From Asterias rubens (Eukaryota): 64,000 nt of DNA. Made by a program: the position numbers and the translations under genes. Positions within the stretch are counted from its first letter, which is position 1; each line of letters starts with the position of its first letter. Where the stretch lies: the NCBI RefSeq assembly GCF_902459465.1, contig NC_047080.1, positions 11,842,001-11,906,000 of the forward strand, read 5' to 3'. The notes under the pieces are model-generated. The model saw only the letters and a program-made list of their open reading frames with translations. It had not been told where the DNA came from and searched no databases. This document shows, one piece after another, positions 36,401 through 50,890 of this stretch.

Positions 36401-39400
36401 AGCAAGGAAATACCACAATCCCTCAAAAATTAAAACACAAGACCCTTACAAGATTTCCCAAACAGTAAAAATGCATTAACATAAAGACTGTATGCAAGGA
36501 TTATGCAAATATTTTCTTAATCTTTATTTAATCAGTTTAAACTATTGGAGATTATGGGATATTTCTGTCAGTTTTCAAATGCTTCTGTATGATTGCAGTT
36601 CACTGTAGATTGTTGGTATGAACAATAATAAAAAATAATTTATATTTATTGAGACCCTCCTGCTGATCCAAATCAGTCACGCTGCATTTTTTTTTTCCTT
36701 TAAATTTCCTCAATTAATCATAAGACTTCTATATAGCGCCAAAATCAACAAAAATTGTTCAAAGGCACTCAAGACATTTACAGGAAATTAATTACAATAC
36801 ACTTTTTGAAAAAGTTGAGCAGTTTCTTAAAAGTAAGAATATTGTGAGCATCCTTAGCGATCTGCAAATGGCAGAGCATGTGTTCTTGGCACAGAAGATG
36901 TCCTCTCCCTGTCAGTTTCAAATTACCAGTTCACAGTATTAAAAATTCATGCAGTTCGTCCTTTGAACGAAAACAAATGTCAGCATAATACAAGAAAGCA
37001 ATATGTAACTTTCCATTTATAAACAACGGAGGGTTTAGCCAGTATTCCCTGTCTCAATATTTTGCCACTCTAAATATGTCACATTTTGTAAATAGCTGTG
37101 GGCGCTACACGCGCTCGATCAGTATGAGCAAGACATGCCTCAGTGTCCCCTCTTCATTACCCCTTCCAGTCCAGCCCTAATCAGACTAGCTGTGAATCAC
37201 GCTGTACAAATAATTACCTCACAATCACCGCGTCTCCAAGGGGGTGTAGATGTGACGTCATCGGTCCCCTCTGACGACACCACAATTGACCTCTGACCCT
37301 GGTGTCTTATTTCATATCAGCTGAGCGCTGTCGGCAGCATCTTCTCTTCTCTGGCTCTCTGAGTTCATTTCTTTGTGGATTCTTGTCTCAAGTGTCTATG
37401 GACGATGTCTTGGATGGGAAAAATTGTCTCGGAAGATGATCTGGATTGATGTTAAACATCTGAAACAGGACAAGATGTTTTGCCAATTTTACTGACCTCT
37501 GGAGGCATGGGATCGTAATTTCATCACTTGGTATTGAACTTCTTCATTGTTTTAAGTGATGTTTGCTTTCGAAAGCCTTTTTGTATGTATTTGGTTTTGT
37601 CTCTTCCTTTTCAGTTTACTGCCATCTGAGAAGATTCTTGTAATTTTTTTGTGAGATATTTTGTCATGATTAGCCAAAGCTTCATTGAATATTCAAAGTA
37701 TGAAGTACCACAGAACTGTACTGTGTCCGTCTGGCAAACGGACACCAGACCTAAGAAATCTGAGAAATGATTCACGCATTTATTATTTCTTAGATTTTAA
37801 TGTTTTGGGGTGAAGGGTTTAAATCTAAACCATATAACTAATACTTCAGAATCCTTTCTCAAAATAGTTTATACTATCAACAGCTGCAGTGCTTCTCACA
37901 AAGCAAGTTTTTATGGTCAATAATTTACCGATCTCTGACCTTATCTTTAAGTTGAACACTATCTTGCATAAAGTTGTTTTTTGCTCTTTATAAATAATAG
38001 GGCATAAAGCACCACTGACAGAAAGCAACTTGAGCATATCATTTTGGAAACACTTATTGAATTGGTTTGTTGTCCATCATTGTGTTTGTAGTGCGTGTTT
38101 ACATGTGGGTGTCATTGATGCTTTGTATCAAGGCGAATATTATACATAATGTCAATATTTTATACTAGAGATTGCTTTTTGATAATTTAAACTGAAAGGT
38201 TCTGGCAAGGTTCGATGTTCAACCATAGTGAAACCACAAATCTTATTTTTAACACACAGTAGTATCATGGGGCTCCATGGAATTACTACAGAGAAATGTA
38301 CCCTGTGTTTGTGTATACAGAGAAATTGATAACTGGTCCTTTCGCTATATGCAGGATACTTATCAATTTATTTAATATTGTATCATAAAGCTTGGCAGGT
38401 AAAAGGGAGTTACAAGGTTCAACGCTCTCTGACCATAGCTCTATGCTCTCTAACCTCTTCAATATCAATCCTGGCTGTAGCTTGGTCCTTTTTATAGCTC
38501 CATGGTATAGTATCACCATGGATGTAACATGAGACATTTACATGTATGTGTATACATTAGCTTTTCTTTAAAGGGATGAGATGAATGCTTAGAGAAACAC
38601 CTGTATTACCAATTAATTATAACCTCATTAGTCTCTATCTAATATCCATCATTACACCTTAGATGTATTGACCTCTTTCACTGACGTCAAACATGTCTGC
38701 TGTCTGTCCACGATCGGCCATTTTGGCAGATATGGTGAGCAGGTTATTTTGCACATGATACAGTATTTCCCCCCAACAAAATTCTGCAGTCAGTTACACT
38801 TGAGAAATTTAACTCCCTTAATGGTAACCCAGATTTATTGTGATGATTATGTCAGGTGAGGTGAACTTAGTGCCTTTTGCAAAATAAAAATCACCTTGCC
38901 CTTTCAAAGATGAAATTCTAGTCCGGAACAGGGATAATGGTTTCCTTTAAACCAAACCCTGGGGCTGAATTTCCTTCTTCACATTATCGGTACACCATGA
39001 TGTAGCAAGGATACAACCATGTTACTCTACATGTACATTGTTTTTCCCGACGAGTTATCTACATCTGCCTTCTTACCGTTAGACACTTAACATGTAAGTT
39101 GCGAAAAAAATCAATTCGGTCAAAATTCAATTCAGCTGAATGAAGGTAACGATAAGGTCAAATAATTTAAAGCTTGTGTCGTCAGTAAGTGATAACGGTG
39201 CTCATTTATGCCGTTATTGTTTTAGGAGATTAACTCAATATTAGTTTAGTTTATTTCTTTTTGAATCCATCGGGGGTGCTACTTATTGTTGTTGTCTCTC
39301 CTATGTGTAGATATGTTTTTCTGTATCGTTCTTTTTTGTACAATTTGCTTTTTTTTCTCTGTGAAACTAACAAATGAATAAATGAATTTGCAGTGCAGAG

Positions 39401-42400
39401 TGTACTTGTGAACACTCCAAAGATGGCATTATGGGTATCAAATGTACATTATGCAGACAATTTAAAAGAGAATTTGTAACCTTTTGATCCAATCTCTAGA
39501 CTCATCCGGGGTTACATACAAGACATAAAAATGGATTGCAAACCATGGCGAGAGGAGACCCACTTGCCAATATGGGTCGCCATGATGAACCTGATTTGGG
39601 GGTGTATGAAAATTACAATGCATCGACTGCACTGAAAATGTTGATTAACTTTAAAGCAAGTGTCACGTAGAGTGTGTTTGTTCATTAATGTGCATACTAT
39701 AGACCGGTTTAATAACAGCCTGTTTAATTTTCTCAATCTATTGCGCAGAAATACTCATTGTACGTACAGTCCCGATGGATGGAGATAAACCATGGTTGGT
39801 TAGGCACTATGCATCCAGGGAAATATGTGTAACCCAAGCTGTTTGTCTAATTAACTCATGGGTGCTATATGATTGTATCTAACATGAACAAAACCTTTTG
39901 AATTTATATATCGTTGGTCATAATGAAAAACGTTTGCTTGTTGCTTTAATAAATAATACTAAGCATGTACATGTATGAGATAACCTTGTGGTTTAAAGGC
40001 AACGTACCAACTGGTTTAATTGTTTTAATCCTATACAATGAAACTAACCTACGAAAGTTCATTTCAAAAAGTCGAGACACATGCTTTTGAGATATGTCCA
40101 TGCAGGAAGAATAATTTGTAATTGAAGTTGAATACACACTCTGAGAAATGATTCATGCTTGAAATGTTTCTCAGAATGATTGTAAAATCTTTTAAGTCTT
40201 TAGGAAACTTTTGAAGAGACCTTACCAATTAAAGGGGTACCCTGGCCAAGACCAGGGCAACACAGGTCATGGCCTCTTTGGCATCCATGTCATTTCATGT
40301 TGGGTCCAGGAATTTCTTTCCATCACACTCAGGAACCCAAGGTTCTTACAATATTGCAGGCCTGATATTTCTGTGCCCCATGGTCATCTTGGCCATAGGG
40401 TAAAAATTCATTGCCACGCTCGGCAGTGAAAATTTAAAATTTCCTCACAGGGTGCTCTTTACCAAGGAAAAGGTGCCTTGGTGCCCTTGCTCTTCCATAA
40501 AACAAAACATACAGGCCTGATATTGAAGTAAATTCCAGAGTAAGACAGTCTACATGTATACATGTACGCTAATTCATTATTCAGGTAGTGTGCTACAGTG
40601 CAGCACACTGCAACCATCATATTTGTATACAGTACATGGTAGTGTGATTTGTCACACAGGGTCAATACAGAAACTGATCAGAATTGATTTTTCAGGAATT
40701 ACAGAGTGTGAGCCTTTGTTCTTCTCAATGTTTCAACTAGCCAGCTCTAGTCATAAAGGAGAACTGTCAGTTTAACTGTGTTGATTTCACACCCTGCCTG
40801 ATGCCAGGGATTGTGCCAGTAACAAAATCTGTCACCTCATCAATCCTTTATGAATAATGGTTTGAAAGCAAATTATGTAAACAACTTCACAAGTATTGCT
40901 ACATTGTGTATAACAATTATCCAGTTATTTCTGATACCTCTAAAGGGTCATTTCATTTTATTTTTGTCAACTTTCGTGGCCAACAGGCCAAATTGGATGT
41001 GATGCGTTTCAAGCAATAATTAGTCAAAACAAAACACTAAATCAAAGTAAAATTGCGTTGATAATCCTAGAACAAAAAATGTAATAAACGTAAAGTATGA
41101 AATTGTTAAGACTTGTCTCATGATAAACGGAATCTAAAGTCTAAGACTTCGCCTCCTTGGCCGTACCATCCTTCCTCCTTGGCCGTACATGTCCCGTCCC
41201 TCAAAGATTGACTCAACCAGGAAATTGGGATTACATAACGGTAATTAGGGAATCTTGTTATTTGTCAGGACTATCAGTCATAGGGAATTTAGTCTTGATG
41301 GGCAACGTTCGTGTTGTAAAGTGTTGCCGATGTCGTAATGCGAATTACTGGAGGAGAGATTCTCATCAAACCATAGAGCAAAGAAACGTCAGGATCAATA
41401 CCTGGTCCAGATTCATAGACATGCCCTCTGTACCTCTGTCCCATATTGGCTTATAAGTTTTACTGCACCAGGCGTTGAAATAACCCACGGCACCCACTGT
41501 GCTTTTGAGGTTGTACTACACTTACATGTATCATCTGCAAGGTTCCAATCAGAGGAACATTTCTGTGCCCCTTTAACATGTTTAAGAGCGAAGTTCAAGA
41601 CCTGCTGCATAATAAATCACAGGAGATTTTCCTGAGATTAAAGCATTTTTTCTCTCATTGTGACTTTTTCATTTTTTAGTCCACAAAATATTAATTGAAT
41701 GCACCCTGCTTGGTACCTTTACCCCAAGGTGTAATTACAATCCATGTACAGACTCAATGCTACTTAATTACTGTGTGTTATTGATTTTAAATACTGTTGA
41801 TATTGATCATTCCAAATTGAAGTGGACCTTGACACTATCTATTCGCTGTGACCTCTGACACAGCTTGTTTACATCAATATTTCCATTGCTTGGAAAATAG
41901 ACAAGTAATATTCTTTTTGATTTAAAAATTTTTAAAAATGAACATCCATTAAATAGTTGCTGAGACGCTGCTAAACATACAGGATTCCTACTGCCCTCTA
42001 GCCACCGGGCAAACTCTGTGATCTAGTGCTCTACCATGGCAAATGTCAGGGTTTGATTCCCATCTGAGTGATTTGCTTAGATTGATTTTTTTACAGGACT
42101 CGGAAAAAGTACCACAGCTGGATTTTGAAGGATCGGGATTGGGAGTTGAGGGACCCGTAGTTTCATCAAGAGTCTTCAAATAGATTCAAGCGTGATACTT
42201 CATTTTTGAAAGGGCAAGGGCACCAAGGCGCTTTCTCCTTGGTAAAGGGCACCTCCAAGCGGAAATTGTCGGTACATGTAGCAAGGCAATAACCAGGGGC
42301 AACAAAGACAATTGCCTCCTTGAAGTATCAGGCTTTTAGATTCAACTCCTAAGAAGAATCTTTTTGTTAAGTCAAGATGTGTAAGACACTCCACACTGAA

Positions 42401-45400
42401 GGTTAAACCCCCTCTAGCTGTTACAGTCGTAAACTCATTGCGTAGAACTTGCTTCAGATTTAGTAATTAAGCGTCCCTAGTTTCCCAAGACTTAAGGTTT
42501 TTTGGTCTTTGCCTGAAGTGATGATTTGATGATAATTTGGATTCATCCATACCTGAAGGGCTCATTCATTTCCAACATGGATGATGATATAATTAAAGTT
42601 CCAATTGAGCTAAGTTCCTGTATTAACTTACAGAAAGAATAACAAACTGAGATTCAGGAATACTATCTCCTTTAGGGATTGTGCACAATTTTAAAAACTA
42701 CCGTTACACTTACAGCTTTGACATTTTGTGTTCGTTTATGGTTTACATGTGAAATTGTGTGCGTATAGACGCATGCAACCTTACAATACAGTTGTACAAG
42801 TTTGGTTTGCGGGGTCCTCTTATTGTTATATTATTCCTTTTTAAAGGAATTCTTCTGTGGGTCCAAGTTGGAACAAGAAAGAATCTTGTGGAGGTCTTTA
42901 GTAAACCCCTTGCAGTGGTCGCCATCTTTGGTGAAACGTATGCAATCTATCATTGGTTGTAAGTCATGCGCAGCGCATACACAAGTGCACCGTTCCATTG
43001 ATGACCTCAGCGGTGGTGTCATATACACAAAGGGGTCTAAATCCGTAGGTTTTAATTGTAAATAAAAATAAAAATTTCAGGGGAAAAAATTCAGAAATAA
43101 ATTTTCTAATCATTGTGTCAAATTTTGATTGATCCAAAACAGTAATTAGTGCAAAGACGTAATCGACCAATCATACCTCGTTTCCTGGTCTCTGCTGCGG
43201 TTTTTGTTGTACAAACATAATACACAGTTTGCTACTTGTATGTATAATAACCACTGTTTGTTAGTCACTTAATTAGTGGACCAGTCTTGCGGCATTGGAA
43301 GATTGTTTGCCAAGCAGGGTCTGATTGCCTCCCCTGGAATTCAATGCAACCTCTGATTGTTCCGCTAGCGCTAAAAGCACATGCACAAGTTCCTTGCTTT
43401 TTCTGTGAATTACGCTTTTATTAAGCATTGAATGGTTTTCTACCGTTTAAGCACATCAAGCAGAGCCATTAAGTTTTTCCCAGGTACCAGCAGATGATGT
43501 ACAGTTTGATACATTTAGGCTGGCAACCGTTTTGGGTTTTGTAAATTCGTGTACATTTTTAGTGGGAGAGGGGAGGTAGAAAGTTTTGGATTTTTTTGGT
43601 CAACAAATTGACCTCTTCACCAACTGATTAACTGTAGACGTGAAACAAAACACAACCATATCCCATCAAATACCAATTGTGCTGGATGATAGTTCATGCT
43701 AAGCTTTTTTCTTCCTGCTCATCAACTTGTTGGCACAATTATCAGGATCATGATATCCAGCCCTAAGCTAAGGAAACCTGTGAGAGTAGGTAGAGGGCTT
43801 TAGGAAGCTAGATCCTGTAGTTAGTGCACTCAATCATGGTGCTCATTATTAGCACTTATCCAGACACCTGCAGCATCTATCCCCCTCTTGAGAAACCTAA
43901 AGTCTTCCATTTAATCCCTGCCTAATACATCAGCATCTTGACTCTACCGTCCTATTCAACATACTTAATTGAATCACACCGATTGCTTATATCATCTTGC
44001 CAGATTACTGGAGCCTGATGGGAAATCAGAGATTTCGGCCTATCGGATTACGACCATTCTCTTCTGTTGCCGAGGCCGAGAGGGTACGGGTATCAGTGAC
44101 TGCTTCGCATTCACCTGTGGCCATGGCAACCGTGACAGTCAGCTGTTCCAGTGTCACATCTTCAGATGTGAGGTTCCTGAAGCAGTAAGTTAAGATTCTT
44201 ATTTTCAAATATGGTTGATTTAAAATATTGTTTTAAAAGTTGTTGAAGCATAGTTTTCTATATAGAGCTTAAGGGCCTTGTCACACAAGGTAACTTTTAC
44301 AGGCAACTTGGAGGCAACCAACTAAAATGGTAAGTTTTTGAATTCAGTATTCACTGTGCTATTTTCTATTACAGGTGCAGCGAATCTTAACGTGTTTTGG
44401 CCAGGCATTCCATCGTGTACCCCGTAGCCCTGGTCTAGTGGACAGCATCCACGGTGCCATGCCAGCACCCAGGGAGACTCTAATGAGCTTCACCATCCCA
44501 GTCTTAGTTGACATCAGAGAGGAGGATGGTAAAGGAAACTTTGGAGCTGTGCCCAGAGATAAACGATGTTTCAAATTGAGACAAGGGGTGAAGAAAGAGG
44601 TGTTGGTGACGGTTCAGCAAACTCATCATCAAGTACTCAATATTGAAAGGTTGGTGTGGCAGGGTTCTCCTCATGCACAAGAGTAACGGGCCAATACCAG
44701 CAAATTTAAAGACAAATTTTGATTTCTTTTTTTTACAAAACCACTGAGAATGCTGCATATTGCGTTTGGGTTTTTAGAGACTTCAGACAGAAATTATTCT
44801 GAAAATCTCATTTCACTTCAGTGTCCTTTGGTCAAAATTAAAAAAACTGTGAAAGTTTAAATCGAGGTCGCAAGAAATTAGTTTAAATCATTTTTTTTAA
44901 TACTACTTTAAAACAAATTTTTGACTTTGGGATAAAACTAAGTATTTTATTAACTTTTGTTTAGGTGTTTTGGTCTTCTTATCAGCCCAGGAAGGGAGGT
45001 TCCAGACAGAGAGATGCACCTCTTAGATGTGGTAAGTCTTGTTTTACCTTTACGTGTTGGTATTACTCATTGCATCACATACATGCGTATCCGCTGCATG
45101 CCCAAAGTTTTTACTACTTTCAGCTCCAAAGATGGTCAACTTTTAATGAGTGACGTCAAATGCAAACAATCTAAACTTCATGGATGCGTCCTTGCAATAT
45201 AGACAGAGCAGAATAGTCAGTAACCTCTTTGCTTGTCACCTGCAAAAGAGGATTGTATTGTCGCATTAGTGCAAAAAAAGTTTATCTCCATTTTGCAAAA
45301 ACCCTGTATCTCGGCGCATACTTGCTTTGCGTGTGCAACCGGGCTATTTTAAGCGAGGTAGGACATTGCGGCAATTGCAAACTTGTGTGTATGTGCTATG

Positions 45401-48400
45401 TTTGGAGATGCAACACTTATGCTTTGACACAGCAATATTGTCCTTAAGTTTCAAAACTTACCTCTATGTTTTTAAGAATGATATCCTTTGAGGTAGAATA
45501 TTGTGATATTTTGTTTGCAGGTGAATCTTGAGACGAGTTCTGATTGTAAGAACTACACAGTCACTAGTATGTGGGATCCCAATAAGGCAGATCTTGAAGT
45601 ACTCAACACTGAATCTCCACCAGGATTAGGTAGGTCAACCACACCCACACTAACACCTTCTTCTCACACTGCCTATCTTTGATCTGTGTAATTGGAGACT
45701 TTTGTAAAAAGTCTGCTACATGGATTAAAACTAAATAAGAGATTCCTGTCACCCAACAATATCTAACCCAGAGAAAAGTTCAACCAGTTCCGTACTAACA
45801 CTGAAAATGGTGGGTTAACCCTAGCCCTGGGCAGGGTTAAATGTTACTCAGGCTAAGCCAGTTTTGAGTTTGTTAATCAGGATAATTTTTAGCCCTGACA
45901 AGTCTTGTGTGAGCGCTCCACTTATTCGGGAGAATCTCTGGGTTAAATTTTTCCTGTGAAAGGGGCTGTACAATTATGTCCTACGTTTCATGAGTTTTCA
46001 CCCATTTAAGCTTCTAAGATTTGATTCTTCATGTTTATGATTTTTGACCATGCCATTTTCAAAGATTGACTTCTGGAAATTGTTTGTGTTAACAAACCTC
46101 TTGCATTATTACATGCAATTATAGTGAAGTAGTTGGTGCTACACAACTCATGCAGTTTTGTATGTAATTAGTTAGTAACTGCTACTACTACCTACCTTGT
46201 TTCCGGCAACTATGTGTACGACTTACAAAATCTTCTCCAGCACAGTCTGTTGTTCCCAGTCAGCAATCGCATTCGCTAATTACAAAAGCAAACTCTGAAA
46301 GACAATGGAAGGACTTGCAACCAGTTTATTAAACTAAGTGCAAGCACCCAGTGATAACCGGTGCAAGCTGGATAGTGTAGTGAATTTCATTTGTTACTTT
46401 ACCTTTGAGGCATCTGTACAAACACTGTCCCTTTCTTGGAAGGACGTTCTGTTCATGGAGTTTATGACCTGAAAGCTCATATTCTACAAAATTAGAACTG
46501 TTGGCAACATTTCAAAATCTGACCTAGAAGAAAAAAACGTGAAATTTTCTTTTTGGATCACTATTGGCAATCCAGTTCCGGCAGGATTTGACAGTAGCTT
46601 TACCTGTGTACATGGTAAGTGATTTACCGCACGATGATTTACTTGGTGAAAAGTACGTTGTCTGAAATATGAATGTTAGGAGCTGATCACATCCCCCTCC
46701 CCTGCATCCCCCGCTCTCCTGCTTTACCCTTCCTGTTCCCCAGGGCATGGTGCTGGGCCCTTAATGGTCAATCCTCCATCCTCCAACCCACACCTTCATT
46801 GCTTCATTGTTCACCTTTTTCTCGTTCCTTAAGCATGTTCAATATCTTTGGGATTAGGTATGCAGATCTGTTAATCCCTCAATTGTCTTTAAACCACCTC
46901 CAGTTATAATATTTGAGTAAACACTCAAATAATTCTCGTCTGGTTCCCTTCGCAGATAAAGGCATGTTTATGACCATAGCTGTGGATCTTGTCATCACTG
47001 GTATCCAGGAGCCAGTTCGTTTTGTGGTTGAGACCAAAGTGCGTATTTTCCCATCCACGGAGAAATTCTGGTATTTCAACAAGAAACCTGTTCAGGAATT
47101 CTTCTATCTCATGCTGGAAGAGGTAGGTTGAGAAAGGAACGTTGTCGGCACTCATCAAGAAAATAAAAATTGACTAAAATGTTTCATTCCAGGCCTGAGA
47201 AGAAAACAAAATTGTATTTCAATCTCCCATATTTTGATTTGTTTTTAGCATTTAAGCATTCAAATAAAAAATTGATTGAAGTGAAAATTTCTAGCAAATA
47301 TTGACTTCTATATTTTCTTGTTAACATTTTCCTGAAGACGATCAGAACATCCTGATCAAAACAGTGAGTCGTTAACCACCGTTTTTTTTCAGAACCAACA
47401 CTACTCAAAAGAGATATTCACATGGTGTTACCGCAAACCTCTCTTAAACACCTTGTTTTTAAGCAGCTTGAAGTCACAGTAAGACCAAACTAACAAATCA
47501 CAAACATTTCACTCCAATGTGCGTTTATCTTGTACCAGATTGAAGCTGCTGTTGAGAATGAGCCAGCGTATGCCGTACTGACTCTAGAGAGTGAATCCCA
47601 ACGAGAGAGGAGAAGGATACCAACACGCTCACCAAGCACTAACCTTGTACAAACACCTGACAGTATGACATCAGTCGCAGAGGAAGAAAGTGGTAACTAA
47701 TTTATTCATTAAATATTATTACCAAAATAAATAGTAAGTCTGGGGCCCAATTTGATGGCTCTGCTAACCTCAGAATTCTGCACTTACAATCACTATTCGC
47801 TGCTTACCTGCAAGCGCCGACTTTCTGCGCTAGCCTTGTAAGCGTAGAATGCCTATAGTAACGTGTACGCATGTGCAGAAGCCAAAATTCGCCACTTACC
47901 CGTGAACTATGCTTGCCGTAAGCACAGAATTCCCTGCTTCCATAAGCGCCGATTCTGTGCTTACGGTAAGCAGAGCCATGAAACGGAACCCAGTTGTCTT
48001 TATTATAATAATACCAATATTCTTGCCAAAGTATTCCTTAACTCTTCTTTCACCAGAGGTTTTCTTTAACGATTTCCTTACAATACTGTTTCTCTTCCCT
48101 TACAAAAAATTTTTCTTTAACTCTTCCCTTACCAAAGTTTCAATAACTCTCTAATTTGCAAGGTATTCCCTTTCTCTATCCTTATTAAAGTACTAATTAC
48201 CTCTTTGTTTACCAAAGTTAATCCCAAATGCTGCCCTCACCAAACATTTTCTCTGGTAAGGGACTAAGGGGCACCTATATGATGAATAATTCAATTTGTT
48301 TTGGAACTTTGCAAAGGGCACCAGAGTAAAAGCACAGTACCACAGCAATTCTGGGGGTGCTATGTGTCATTTCCAGGCCTGGCTTTGTTTCTTGGGAATG

Positions 48401-48761
48401 TCTACCTGTAGACACTGAGGATTTTTACAAAATATTTTTGTCTTTTGAACAAAGAGAAGATGACCTGACATGCTAGAGCGGGATTTACGGTTGCTTTTTA
48501 TTTATTTTTACTCCAGATGATGATGAGCCTCTGCAGAGTGGATCCGGCAACGTTGACAAGGACTGTGAGGAAAGTATCCTATTGAATTGGGGAGACCTCC
48601 TGGCTAAATGGCGTTCCAATCTCAGTGTCCGCCCCAAACATCTCCGCTCGATGGTCCGCAAGGGTATTCCTGAAGCCCTACGGGGTGAGGTTTGGCAGCT
48701 CCTGGCTGGGGTTAAAGAGTGTGAGGACCTGATGGAAGAATACCGTGTTCTTATCACGAAG
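30436..48761 (+). CDS. RABGAP1: Rab GTPase-activating protein 1 / 1-like (PTB domain, kinesin-associated-type domain, start of TBC domain); 5' partial, continues beyond the window
   Basis: Coding exons 30436-30946, 33935-34145, 44004-44184, 44375-44649, 44965-45031, 45521-45629, 46956-47122, 47539-47692, 48517-48761 (640 codons, phases consistent). Motifs: IIYLGAASVNAPKSE, LFQCHIFRCE, CFKLRQG, ERCFGLLISPGR, FMTIAVDLVITGIQEPVRFVVETKVR, DEPLQSGSGNVDKDC, KGIPEALRGEVWQLLAG. I did not find the next expected exon (RDINRTFP-like) before 64000. Confidence 0.95.
32416..32735. repeat. Most abundant dispersed repeat family in the window (gggcac/ggtgccc-rich)
   Basis: cctggaatttcatctttga...gggcaaggccattttcattt.gcaaagggca recurs at about 60820-60925. 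Related pieces at about 6222-6280, 40232-40520, 42205-42320, 48300-48382 and 58130-58240. Confidence 0.7.
34626..34945. repeat. Tandem duplication, about 2 x 165 bp
   Basis: ttggttatttcctccc.tggcactggagttgctatgtcaa starts at both 34626 and 34791. Confidence 0.85.
35968..36048. repeat. Dispersed repeat fragment, also at about 48910-49032
   Basis: Shared aggttaccagccaaa.taccatgt.acatgtacaa...ctggtatcctg. Confidence 0.65.
47741..47985. mobile_element. MITE-like foldback element
   Basis: Imperfect inverted ends (ggcccaatttgatggctctgcta / aagcagagccatgaaacggaaccc) and internal gcttac/gtaagc repeats. Confidence 0.6.
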
Positions 48762-50890
48762 GTAAGTTCTTTCAAGTTATTTATGGACCCATTTTCACAG
48801 AGTTGCTCATGAACAAAAAGGTGCATAACACAAGTAAGGTTTGCGGTGACACCATATAAAATCTTTTAGTGAGTGGTGGTGGGTCTGAGAGAATTATGCT
48901 TACCAGAGTTAGGTTACCAGCCAAAATACCATGTCACATGTACAAATTGTGACTGGTATCCTGCTAAATTTCTGCTAAGCGGAAAATTTTTAGGTAGCAA
49001 TTTCTGATTCAGCAGCTTTGTGAAATTGGCCCTGGTCATGTTTTTCCCACATCAATTTTGAAATATATGCCATATGGTTTGTCAAAGTTATCTTGGCAAT
49101 AGGTGACACAACGCAGCAGGTGGAGTTGGCTTAAATTTACCCCTTCCCTGCTCCCTATCCCTCTTGCTGTTCCTGTTCCCCTTCTGTCCTCCTACCCCGC
49201 CCACCCATCATCTTGCCCCCTATACACTCCACTCCATCCCTTGTACAGATCAACAAGCACACCATTCAACTTTGACTCTAAACAATTTTTGAAATAAGTT
49301 CTCATAATATTAATGATCTACTTCTCAAAAATGTATAATTTCTAAAATTGAAATCCAAATACTTTCTGTCTTTTTGACCTAGTAAGATACTGTGTCATGG
49401 TTAGCCTCCATTGAACAATTCAATGTGTTGTACAACTCAAGTGAAAAGAGCCCTCTATTGATCATTGGTTCAAGATTTAATGAGAAGTGACAGTTAATTG
49501 AGTGTGGCGCCCTCTTTTGAATGAGACTGTTGTGAGAATTAATTTTCTATGGCTCTGTGTTTTGCTCTGAGGTTCTAGATTTTTGAACTCTGAATTGACA
49601 GTTTCAATACTGCATTTAAAATGTATGAACAGCGTTAGTGCAATGAAATACTTTCATTGAAGAAAGTCGCTGTCACACAAAATTCTGATGAAAAGAAAAT
49701 GTAGCGAACTTGAAGACAGATTCTTTGACCATCTCATCCACAGACAATTCATAAATCTATTTGGATATTTGCCATGATAATTTATTTTTTAAATAGACAG
49801 TGATTATGTACATTTATACATAATAATATAATTAAAAGTGTCCCACATAAAATCTTTACAATTACTTTCATTTTTAACAACATACTGTTTATGTAGTCAT
49901 CAATTTAATATTAAACAATCTTGGTTGCATAACATCAAACTCTCATCTTTGTAAAAACAAATTTAAGTGTGTCAAGTGATAATTTACAAGCCACCAGGTT
50001 TGGGTCGTCTCCAAGAAAAGAACAAATCCCATTTTAAATTTTAGTGTCAAAACAAAATCCCAATGGATAGTACGACACTTTCAGATAATTCTCTTATGCC
50101 ATCCAAGTGAAACAAATTTGTGTACTACACACCTTTTATAGACCACGTTACAGGATAGATAATGTCAAGTGTGACATGGCCCAAATAATACATTAATAAC
50201 ATTATATTCAGGTCAATAATCTCCAAGGTTTTTCTTCAATTCTTCCAATTCTCCATTTGCCTTAAAATTCCAGCATATAAGAAGTGAAGGAGCCATTAGG
50301 GAAAGCTGGGAGCTCTTGAAATATCTCGTGGCTGAGTCCAAGATTTAGTTTTCTTTATTTGTGATGATTCAGAGAGTTTGATAACCATGGAAATGTAACT
50401 TACAAGATGATCGTGAACCTTTTCCCATTAGTCCATGAGACTAAAGGGACACCTGTGTCAAGTTTATTTACTTTGTTAAGTTTGCATCTTTTTTGTACAA
50501 ACAACATTAATGGTGCCAGATTTACTTGTAAACAAGGGCCAAAGTTTTTTTTAGTTTTTTTTTATCCTTTTGTGGTCAATGACACTTGATATGAAAAAAA
50601 ACAGTTGTAATAAATGCAATCTGTCAATGCATTTTTCCTGCTAATTCCCTGACCGTGTCTTTTTGCCATCAAAATCCATTTTGACTTAAAAAAAAAAAAA
50701 AAAATCTTATTTTGTGAAAAAAATACATCTTTCAATAAACATGCCTGTAGTACTTAGTAAAATATTTTATCTCAGTACTTAATAAATTCATCTCTGTTAC
50801 AGTTTCATAACCAAGTTTGTTACATAAATTTGTTAAATTTCAAACCAAAAATACTTCAGAACCAGATCTCTTTTATTAGGTAGTCTAAGA

